DNA from: an uncultured Actinomycetes bacterium
GTDB taxonomy: Bacteria > Actinomycetota > Acidimicrobiia > IMCC26256 > DASPTH01
Direction: 5' to 3'
NCBI GenBank assembly: GCA_963815405.1
Contig: CAWFGR010000006.1
Span: 82,350-146,349, forward strand
Length of the DNA stretch: 64,000 nucleotides
Below the pieces are notes generated by a model. It had not been told where the DNA came from. It was given only the letters and a program-made list of their open reading frames with translations, and made no database searches. Made by a program: the position numbers and the translations under genes. Of the stretch, positions 56,889 to 64,000 are shown piece after piece (within the stretch, counting starts at the first letter, position 1; every line of letters starts with the position of its first letter).

Positions 56889-57768
56889 GCCGCGCACCCC
56901 GCTCCCGGAAGCCACCGCGCCTCGACCTCGCCGCGAACCCACCGCCGTCGTCGACGACTCGGTCCCGCATCGCCGGGGCCGCCGAGCTGCTTAAGGCCGC
57001 GCGCGTGACCGGCCGGAGCACACGCCAGGGCGGCGAGGAGCTTCGGCGGCACCTTCGCCGGCTCGTGGAGGGTGACGGCCGCGTCCGGTTGGGTCTCGAG
57101 CCGCTCGAGGGCCTGACGATGGAGCACGCCCTCGATGCCATGGACCGCGTGTACGGCTGGGACGGCACCGGTCCCCGCGCCCGCATCGAGCCGGCACGGA
57201 CGGTCGAGGGATGGCTCGCCGGGTGCGTGCGAGTGCTCGAGGTCGCGGCGCAGCGCGGCCGGATCGCGTTCGCGACCGGACGACCCGCGTCGCTGCTTGC
57301 GCTCCACCAGGCGCTCGCCGCCGCCGCGATCGCTGCCGGTGGGTCCGTGGCGGAACACGGGGAGTCACCTGCACTCGCCGACCGGCGCCGGCGGCTCTGG
57401 TGGGTCCACGGTGTCGCTGCCGTCACCGACGGTGAGAGCCTCCTGGCCGACGACGGGCTCGACGCCGCGGCGAGCTCCTCTTCGCCATCGACCGGCCCGA
57501 CCTCGTCGTGGCCGACGGCGTGTTCGCGGGGGTGGCCCTCAGCGCGGGCCTCGAGGTGGTCGCGCTGAGCGGCCTCGACGCCCCGGCGCTGGCGGTCGCG
57601 GCCTGGCGTGGGATGGCCCTGCGGGTCGTCCCACTCGATGACCGGCGCCCGCCCGCCTCGTACGCCCCCCTCCTCGGCCTGCTCACGGAGTGCACCGAGT
57701 GGATGGGGGGACCCACCTCTGGTTTCGTCTCGACGCTCGAGCCCCTGGAGTCTCCTCTGCACTCCTGA
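56885..57768 (+). CDS. Conserved hypothetical protein, frame break near 57468
   Basis: GTG in a GTGA overlap with the proC end. ...LTMEHALDAMDRVYGWDGTGPRARIEP...RIAFATGRPASLLALHQAL... The end ...ELLFAIDRPDLVVADGVFAGVALSAGLEVVAL... is in another frame. Confidence 0.5.
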
Positions 57769-57872
57769 TGCACACTTGGCAACACTGCTCCCAGAGGCCT
57801 ACGCTCCCCTCAGGGAAGCGGGAAGAGAAGGGGTCCAAGCAGTGGCGCAGTCCTTCGCGAACCGCGCGGTTC

Positions 57873-58037
57873 TTGACCGTGCAGGAAGTCGCCGACTTGA
57901 TGCGAGTGTCCAGCATGACCGTCTACCGCCTGATCAAATCGGGTGAGTTGCCGGCCGTCCGGGTCGGACGATCGTTCCGCGTCCGAGACACTGACGTCGA
58001 CAGCTACTTGGGCTCGCGCTACACGCAAGCCGGCTAG
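57873..58037 (+). CDS. Excisionase-family HTH DNA-binding protein (Rv0500A-like); minimal TTG-start model, true start probably upstream
   Basis: LTVQEVADLMRVSSMTVYRLIKSGELPAVRVGRSFRVRDTDVDSYL. A GTG at 57842 with AAGGGG upstream gives VAQSFANRA in another frame. Confidence 0.75.
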   Translation: MTVQEVADLMRVSSMTVYRLIKSGELPAVRVGRSFRVRDTDVDSYLGSRYTQAG

Positions 58038-58078
58038 AGCGCGCCGGGCATTGGCCCGGCGCGCACCGGTGCTTCGCC

Positions 58079-58978
58079 GTGGGTCCGTTCATCGCGTTCC
58101 TGTCCGACTACGGGCTGCACGACGAATTCGTCGGTGTCTGCAAGGCGGTGATCCTCGGCCAGGCTCCGGACGCGCGCATCGTCGACGTCGGCCACGACAT
58201 CCCACCCCACGACGTCCGCGCCGGAGCGCTCCAGCTCTCGAGGGCTGCTCAGTACCTGCCCGTAGGCGCCATCGTGCTCGCCGTGGTCGATCCCGGCGTC
58301 GGTTCCGATCGGCGCCTCCTCGCGGTCGAGGTGGAGGGGGGCCGCTTCGTCGGACCCGACAACGGGCTGCTTGCGCCGGCCGTCGCGATGGCCGGCGGCG
58401 CCCGCCGAGTCGTCTCGCTCGACAACGACGAGTACCACCTCGCGGCGCTCGGACCGACGTTCGCGGGACGAGACGTCCTGGCGCCCGCGGTCGGCGCGCT
58501 GGCCTCGGGGACCCCGATCACCGCGCTCGGTTCGGACGTCGACCCGGCCACGCTGGTGCCCGGATTGGTGTCGCTCCCGAGTCGCACGGACGCCGGCGCC
58601 ATCGAGGGCGAGGTGTGGTGGGTCGACCGGTTCGGGAATTGCCAGCTCAACGTCGATCCCGACGAGCTCATCCTCGCCGGCCTCGCTCCCGGCGGATCCG
58701 TGGAGGTGCGCTTCGGTTCCACGGCGCGGCGCGCCCGCTGGGTGACGACCTACGGCGACGCACGGCCATCCGAGCTCGTCCTGCTCGTCGACTCGTACGG
58801 TCTGCTGAGCCTCGCCTTCGACCGGGAGCCGGCGAGCACCGCGCTGGGCCTGCGAACGGGCAGCGCGGTGACGCTGCTCCCGCCCGGGGCAGCGGTCGTC
58901 GACGCCGGGTCGACGTCGACGACGGTGACGCTCCGGACGAAAGGCGAGGGGTCACCCCCGGATACGGTGCGACCATGA
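58079..58978 (+). CDS. SAM hydroxide adenosyltransferase family protein (DUF62)
   Basis: IAFLSDYGLHDEFVGVCKAVI...VVDPGVGSDRR...VGPDNGLL...FAGRDVLAPAV...VDRFGNCQLNV... Confidence 0.8.
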   Translation: MGPFIAFLSDYGLHDEFVGVCKAVILGQAPDARIVDVGHDIPPHDVRAGALQLSRAAQYLPVGAIVLAVVDPGVGSDRRLLAVEVEGGRFVGPDNGLLAPAVAMAGGARRVVSLDNDEYHLAALGPTFAGRDVLAPAVGALASGTPITALGSDVDPATLVPGLVSLPSRTDAGAIEGEVWWVDRFGNCQLNVDPDELILAGLAPGGSVEVRFGSTARRARWVTTYGDARPSELVLLVDSYGLLSLAFDREPASTALGLRTGSAVTLLPPGAAVVDAGSTSTTVTLRTKGEGSPPDTVRP

Positions 58979-59061
58979 GGCCGGGCACGACCATCGCCAT
59001 CGTGGCACTGCTGGCGGCGATCCTCCTCGCCGCGGTGGCGCAGTTCGTGTTCAAGCTCTAG
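58975..59061 (+). CDS. 28-aa hydrophobic micropeptide candidate
   Basis: MRPGTTIAIVALLAAILLAAVAQFVFKL. ATGA overlap with the upstream stop. Confidence 0.35.
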   Translation: MRPGTTIAIVALLAAILLAAVAQFVFKL

Positions 59062-59363
59062 GCCCGCGAGCTCTCGGGTCGACGAGCTCTGGGGCCGGCG
59101 AGGCGCTCCGCGGGGGCTCAACTACAACGAGTGGTAAAGAACCACGGTCCGCGTTCGAATTGGCTCAAGCCCACCACGCCCCGAGTCGATCACGGAAACG
59201 CGAGCAGCCCGAGGGGGATGCTCAACCGGTTCCGGCTGCGGGTGCGGGCGGCGTGAGCATCGCCACAACGGTGTTCACGAGCCTCCCAGCCCGCCCCAAG
59301 CCCGCCTGCGCCCGCGGCCGGACCCTCCTCCCCGAAGTTTGGGCCCGACCGGGCCGGCCCGAC

Positions 59364-59382
59364 TTCGAGAACGCGTGCACAA
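59364..59382. promoter_or_regulatory. Degenerate Rex-operator-like site upstream of rex
   Basis: The reverse strand TTGTGCACGCGTTCTCGAA compared with the ROP consensus TTGTGAACNNNNTTCACAA: left half 7/8, right half weak. Confidence 0.25.
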
Positions 59383-59444
59383 GCTCGGTACCCTGGGCGT
59401 ACCCGGCCCGAGAGAGCCCGGACCACCCAGGAGCGAGGCCTCAG

Positions 59445-60128
59445 ATTCCCAACGCCCGGCGCATTCCCGAGGCGACGGTCGCCCGACTGCCGCTCTACTA
59501 CCGGGCACTCCTCGACATCGCCGACCAGGAGGTCGGCACCGTCTCGTCGGAGCGCCTCGCCCAGCTCGCCGGCGTCAACGCCGCGAAGGTCCGCAAAGAC
59601 CTCTCGTACCTCGGCTCCTACGGCACACGAGGCGTCGGCTACGACGTCGAACATCTCCTGGGCGAGATCTCGGCCGAGCTCGGCCTGACGCACGACTGGC
59701 CCGTCGCCATCGTGGGGCTCGGCAACCTGGGGCAGGCGCTCGCGAATTACCGTGGGTTCGGCGCGCGCGGCTTTCGGATCGTCGCGCTCGTCGACAGCGA
59801 CCCCGCGAAGTTGGGACGGACGGTGGCCGGACTGTCCATCGACCCACTCGAAGCCCTCGACGCGATCGTGCGCAAGCGCGGTGTGGCGATCGGCATCATC
59901 GCGACACCCGCGCACGCCGCGCAGGGTGTCGCCGATCGACTGGTCGAAGCAGGGGTGACCTCGATCCTCAACTTCGCTCCCGGTGTCGTGACGGTGCCCA
60001 CGGGCGTGGCGCTCCGGAAGGTCGATCTCGCGATCGAGCTCCAGATCCTGTCGTTCTACCGGCAGCACCCGCAGGGCGTTCCGGCCGGCCGCGGCCAGAT
60101 CGAAGGTGCGGGGGTTCCCGCGTCGTGA
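59445..60128 (+). CDS. rex: Redox-sensing transcriptional repressor Rex (start codon unresolved)
   Basis: RRIPEATVARLPLYYRALLDIADQEVGTVSSERLAQLAGVNAAKVRKDLSYLGSYGTRGVGYDVEHL...IVGLGNLGQALANY... I saw no in-frame ATG/GTG/TTG in the roughly 100 nt I read upstream of the core. 59445 is an ATT after GGAGCGAGG. Confidence 0.8.
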   Translation: MPNARRIPEATVARLPLYYRALLDIADQEVGTVSSERLAQLAGVNAAKVRKDLSYLGSYGTRGVGYDVEHLLGEISAELGLTHDWPVAIVGLGNLGQALANYRGFGARGFRIVALVDSDPAKLGRTVAGLSIDPLEALDAIVRKRGVAIGIIATPAHAAQGVADRLVEAGVTSILNFAPGVVTVPTGVALRKVDLAIELQILSFYRQHPQGVPAGRGQIEGAGVPAS

Positions 60129-60769
60129 GCACGGGCCGGCCGGGCATCGGTGGCTACCCCGTGAACCTGATCGTGTCGGGACGGCGCTGCGTCGTCGTCG
60201 GTGCGGGCCGGATCGCCGCGCGCAAGATCGAGGCACTCCTGGCCGCGGGTGCCGCAGTGCACGTCGTCGCGCCGGCGCTCGGTGACGCAGTACGCGCCCT
60301 GGCCGAAGCAGAGCGCCTCACCGTTCGCGAAGGCGTGTTCGAGCCCGCGGATCTCGACGGCGCATGGTTGGCAACCACCGCCACGGGCGACCCCGACGTC
60401 GACCGCGCCGTCTTCACTGCGGGCGAAGTGGGCCGGGTCTGGGTCAACTCGGCGGACGATCCCGACAACTGCTCGTTCACGCTGATGTCGCTCGTGCGAC
60501 GCGGCGATCTGGTCGTCTCGATCGGAACGGGTGGGCGCAGCCCCGCCCTCGCGACCTGGCTGAAACAGCGGTTCAGCGAGGAGCTCGGACCCGAGTACGA
60601 GACGCTGCTCGACCTACTCTCGGACGCGCGAGAATCGTTGCGAGCCAGTCGACGATCGAGTGAGGACGCCGGCTGGCAGCGTGCACTCGATTCCGGCATG
60701 CTCGACCTGGTTCGCGCCGGGCGAGTCGAGGAAGCGAAGGAGTTGCTCCACGCGTGTCTCTCCTCGTAG
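60125..60769 (+). CDS. Precorrin-2 dehydrogenase / sirohydrochlorin ferrochelatase-like (CysG N-terminal/SirC type)
   Basis: GTG in a GTGA overlap with rex. YPVNLIVSGRRCVVVGAGRIAARKIEALLAAGAAVHVVAP...VWVNSADDPDNCSFTLMSLVRRGDLVVSIGTGGRSPALA. Confidence 0.75.
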   Translation: MSTGRPGIGGYPVNLIVSGRRCVVVGAGRIAARKIEALLAAGAAVHVVAPALGDAVRALAEAERLTVREGVFEPADLDGAWLATTATGDPDVDRAVFTAGEVGRVWVNSADDPDNCSFTLMSLVRRGDLVVSIGTGGRSPALATWLKQRFSEELGPEYETLLDLLSDARESLRASRRSSEDAGWQRALDSGMLDLVRAGRVEEAKELLHACLSS

Positions 60770-62058
60770 TTGGCCTCAACCACCGCACGGTGCCCGTGGA
60801 GCTGCTCGAGCGGCTCGCGGTGGCACCCGAGCAGCTGCCCAAGGCGTTGCACGCACTGTGCCGGCACGAGCACCTCGCCGAGGTGGTGCTGCTCTCGACG
60901 TGCAACCGCACCGAGGTCTACGCGCACGCCACGTTGTTCCACCCGGCGCTGCAGGATGTGCACGACTTCCTCGCCGACATGTCGGGCGTCGACCCGGCCG
61001 AGTTCAGCGACCTGCTCTACACGTACCACGACGACGCGGCAGTGGCGCACCTCTTCAGCGTCGCCGCGGGTCTCGACTCCATGATCATCGGCGAAGGCGA
61101 GATCCTCGGTCAGGTCCGTGAGGCGTGGCAGGCAGCCGAGGTCGAGAGCACCACGGGGCCCATGCTCTCCCGGGCGTTCCGCCACACGATCGAGGTGGGC
61201 AAGCGCGTCCGCACGGAGACCGCGATCAGCCGCCAACCGGTCTCGGTGTCATCGGCCACGGTCGCGGTCGCGACCGAGCGTCTCGGGACGCTCGACAACC
61301 GGCGCGTGCTCGTGCTCGGCGCCGGTGACATGGGCGAGGGCATGGCCGTCACGTTGGCCGGGGCCGGTGTCGTGGACATCGTCGTCGCGAACCGGACCGT
61401 CGAGCGAGCCGCGTCCCTCGCCTCACGCATCGGAGGTCGGTCGATCTCGCTGGCCGAGGTCCCCGATGTGCTCGCAACCTGCGACGTGCTCCTCGTGTCG
61501 ACGAGCAGCAGCGATGTCCTGCTCACGCGCGAGGAGGTGGAGACGGTGATGCGCGACCGCGGGGGTCGTGCGTTGCTCGTGATCGACATCGGGGTGCCAC
61601 GCAACGTCGATCCCGGCGTCGGCGAGATCTTCGGGGTCACGCTCCTCGACATCGATGCGCTCCGAGCGTTCGGCGAGCAGTCCCTCGCACAGCGGCGCCA
61701 GGCGATCGACGCGTCGCGATCGATCATCGCCCGCGAGCTCGACCGCTTCCGCGCCGAGCGCTCGGCGCGTGAGGTTGCGCCGATCGTCACCGCGCTGCGC
61801 GCCCGGGCCGAGGACCTGCGCCTCGGCGAGCTCGAGCGCTTCCGGGCGCGACTCGACTCCCTCGACGCCGAGACACGCGCCACGGTCGACGCGCTCACGC
61901 AAGGGATCATCAACAAGCTGCTGCACGAGCCCACCGTCCGCGTGAAGGACGCCGCCGGCACGGGCAAGGGTGAGCTGTTCGCCGATGCCCTCGCGGAGCT
62001 GTTCGGGCTCCGCCAGGGCGAGCCGGGCGACGGCAGCGAGTCCCCGACCAGCCCCTGA
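60754..62058 (+). CDS. hemA: Glutamyl-tRNA reductase
   Basis: LLVVGLNHRTVPVELLERL...VLLSTCNRTEVYA...HLFSVAAGLDSMIIGEGEILGQV...GAGDMGE... Confidence 0.92.
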   Translation: MSLLVVGLNHRTVPVELLERLAVAPEQLPKALHALCRHEHLAEVVLLSTCNRTEVYAHATLFHPALQDVHDFLADMSGVDPAEFSDLLYTYHDDAAVAHLFSVAAGLDSMIIGEGEILGQVREAWQAAEVESTTGPMLSRAFRHTIEVGKRVRTETAISRQPVSVSSATVAVATERLGTLDNRRVLVLGAGDMGEGMAVTLAGAGVVDIVVANRTVERAASLASRIGGRSISLAEVPDVLATCDVLLVSTSSSDVLLTREEVETVMRDRGGRALLVIDIGVPRNVDPGVGEIFGVTLLDIDALRAFGEQSLAQRRQAIDASRSIIARELDRFRAERSAREVAPIVTALRARAEDLRLGELERFRARLDSLDAETRATVDALTQGIINKLLHEPTVRVKDAAGTGKGELFADALAELFGLRQGEPGDGSESPTSP

Positions 62059-62950
62059 TGCCGGCTCTGCGCGTCGCGACGCGCAGCGAGCGCGCTCGCG
62101 CGGTGGCAGGCGGAGTGGGTCGCGAGCCAGCTCGGCGCGACGACGGAGCTCGTCGAGGTCACGACCAGAGGCGACCAGCGCGCCGACGTGCCGATCCACA
62201 CGATGGGCGGGACCGGGGTCTTCGTCAAGGAGGTCCAGCAGGCTGTGCTCGACGGCCGCGCCGACCTCGCGGTGCACTCGGCGAAGGACCTGCCGGCCGA
62301 CACATCTCCCGAGGGCCTCGTGATCGCCGCCGTCCCGACCCGAGGTGACGCTCGCGACGCGCTGGTGGGCTCGACACTCGCCGGGCTGGCAACAGGCGCG
62401 GTCGTCGCGACCGGATCGGTGCGCCGGCAGCGCGCAACTCGCCGCGCGGCGGCCCGACCTCCGATTCGCCGAGCTGCGGGGAAACATCGCCACCCGGCTC
62501 GAGAGGGCAGGCGAGTACGGAGCGATCGTCGTTGCCTTTGCCGCGCTCCAACGGCTCGGCCTCGAGGACCGCGCGGCCGAGGTGCTCGACCCCGAGGTGA
62601 TGACCCCACAGGTCGGCCAAGGCGCGCTGGCGGTGGAATGTCGCGCCGAAGACGGTGCGACGCGCGCGATCGTGGCACGCATCGACGACGACGAGAGCCA
62701 TCGTCATGTGCGCTGCGAGCGGGCGTTCCTCGCCGAGCTCGGCAGCGGCTGCGACCTCCCGTGCGGTGCCCTGGCCCACCGCACCGGCACGAGCCTCGAG
62801 ATCTCCGGCGTGGTCCTCGCTCCCAATGGCGGGTCGGAGGTGCGCGCCCGCTCGGTCGGCGTCGACCCCGAACGCGTGGGTGCGAGCCTGGCGCTGCGGA
62901 TCCTGCGCCTCGGCGGCCGAGCACTGCTCGACCGTGACGGCTCCGCATGA
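62058..62950 (+). CDS. hemC: Porphobilinogen deaminase, two frame breaks (about 62085 and about 62425)
   Basis: MPALRVATR / SALARWQAEWVASQLG...TTRGDQ...GGTGVFVKEVQQAVLDGRADLAVHSAKDLP...GSVRRQ / AQLAARRPDLRFAELRGNIATRL...QVGQGALAVECR... across three successive frames. Span is 3n+2. Confidence 0.85.
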
Positions 62951-64000
62951 CCGTCTACCTCGTCGGGGCCGGGCCGGGAGACCCTGGACTCCTCACCATC
63001 CGCGGCGCCGAGTTGCTCGCGCACGCCGACGTGGTGATCTACGACCGCCTCGCCGACGCGTCGCTGCTCGACCTGGCACCGCCGACCGCGCTGCGCATCG
63101 CAGCCGGGAAGTCGCCCGGTGACGTCGACCTCACGCAGGACGCGACCAACGCGCTCCTCGTCGAGCACGGTCGGACCGCGGCGACCGTGATCCGCTTGAA
63201 GGGCGGCGACCCGTTCGTGTTCGGCCGTGGCGGTGAGGAAGCGGAGGTGCTCGCAGGGGCCGGCATCCCCTTCGAGGTGGTGCCCGGCGTGACGAGCGCC
63301 GTTGCCGCGCCGGCGTACGCGGGCATCCCGGTGACGCATCGAGGCGTGTCGACCCACTTCACCGTGGTCACCGGGCACGAGGACCCGATCAAGGACCAGA
63401 CCGACGTCGACTGGGAGACGCTGGCGCGTGCCGGCGGGACACTCGTGATCCTCATGGGTGCGGGCAACCTGCGCGAGATCGCGGCGCGACTCGTCGCCGG
63501 GGGCCGCCCGCCCGAGACCCCGGTTGCCGCGGTCCGACACGGCACACGTGCGGAGCAGCAGACGATCCGAGCGACACTCGCCACCATCGCCGATGCCGGC
63601 GTGCGCTCGCCATCGGTGATCGTCGTCGGCGACGTCGCGGCACTCGATCTCGCGTGGTTCGAGACCCGACCCTTGTTCGGGCGCTCGGTGCTCGTGACCG
63701 CGCCCGTGAGCAGGCGAGCGGATTGCGGATGCGCCTCGAGATGCTGGGCGCGACGGTGGTCGAGCTGCCGTCGATCGCCTTCGAGGGGATGCCGATCGAG
63801 CTGCCCGACCTGGCGCAGTTCGCATGGTTGGTGTTCACGTCCGCGAACGGCGTTGCGGCGTTCTTCGACCGCGGCCTCGCCGCGGTCGGCCTCGACGCGC
63901 GTGCGCTCGGCGGGGTGAGGGTCGCCGCGATCGGCCCCGGGACCGCGGACACGCTCGCGACTCGGGGCGTCCACGCGGATCTGGTGCCGGAACGTTTCGT
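62947..64000 (+). CDS. Uroporphyrinogen-III C-methyltransferase fused to uroporphyrinogen-III synthase (partial at the right edge), frame break near 63695
   Basis: MTVYLVGAGPGDPGLLTIRGAELLAHADVVIYDRL...LKGGDPFVFGRGGEE...VPGVTSAVAAPAYAGIPVTHR. The HemD part RAREQASGLRMRLEMLGATVVELPSIAF...LVFTSANGV... is in the next frame. Confidence 0.82.

Noticed and set aside
55897-57762. 621-aa minus-strand ORF (and the similar 53717-55183 ORF)
   Set aside because: Antisense to proC and its downstream gene, and to the RsiG-like gene and mshA. No recognisable motifs, and the composition is typical of antisense frames.
1-64000. Programmed ribosomal frameshifting or recoding as the explanation for the many frame breaks
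   Set aside because: The breaks are in unrelated genes, go in both directions, lack slippery heptamers or downstream structures, and several lie in short G/C runs. Assembly error is the simpler explanation.
1-64000. CRISPR arrays, toxin-antitoxin pairs or known defence-system genes
   Set aside because: I saw no regularly spaced direct repeats and no nuclease, helicase or methylase gene sets in any frame. The only repeats are the yajQ-end copies and the nuo intergenic palindromes.

Overview
High-GC, Actinomycetota-type chromosomal window; the phylum call rests on the mycothiol gene mshA, rex-hemACD synteny, an RsiG-like protein, and frequent GTG/TTG starts with 1-4 nt gene overlaps. Layout, left to right: (1) secE-nusG-rplK-rplA-rplJ-rplL-rpoB on the minus strand, with tRNA-Trp, an ECF sigma/zf-HC2 anti-sigma pair, rpmG, and tRNA-Met/Thr. 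(2) A GNAT gene, then an atypical FtsH-like AAA+/M41 gene coupled to a lipoprotein gene, then tRNA-Tyr. (3) yajQ followed by about 5.5 kb of decayed integrative-element debris: large serine recombinase remnants, an orphan solute-binding protein, a broken P450 and an SDR. This debris is delimited by three copies of the yajQ 3' end. (4) A secreted GH26-like hydrolase plus a BcsA-like GT2 synthase, a HAD-like gene and acs. (5) A roughly 29 kb co-directional minus-strand block. It holds a canonical 14-gene nuoA-N operon, then 135 nt later a second 11-gene nuo set lacking nuoEFG, then a tightly coupled NDUFAF7/MidA-like methyltransferase, an ECF-like sigma and a membrane protein. (6) An M23 peptidase, an RsiG-like c-di-GMP anti-sigma candidate, mshA, a ybjN-like gene, proC, an Rv0500A-like HTH gene, a DUF62 SAM hydroxide adenosyltransferase, and rex-sirC-hemA-hemC-cobA/hemD. 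Caveat: about 17 single-base frame breaks (a few uncertain) interrupt otherwise clearly conserved genes, some of them essential (rplL, hemC, proC). Several that I could localise sit in G/C runs, so I read most as assembly indels. Several very long ORFs in the track are frame-break artefacts or antisense ORFs. All homology calls come from reading the translations by eye; no database search was run.
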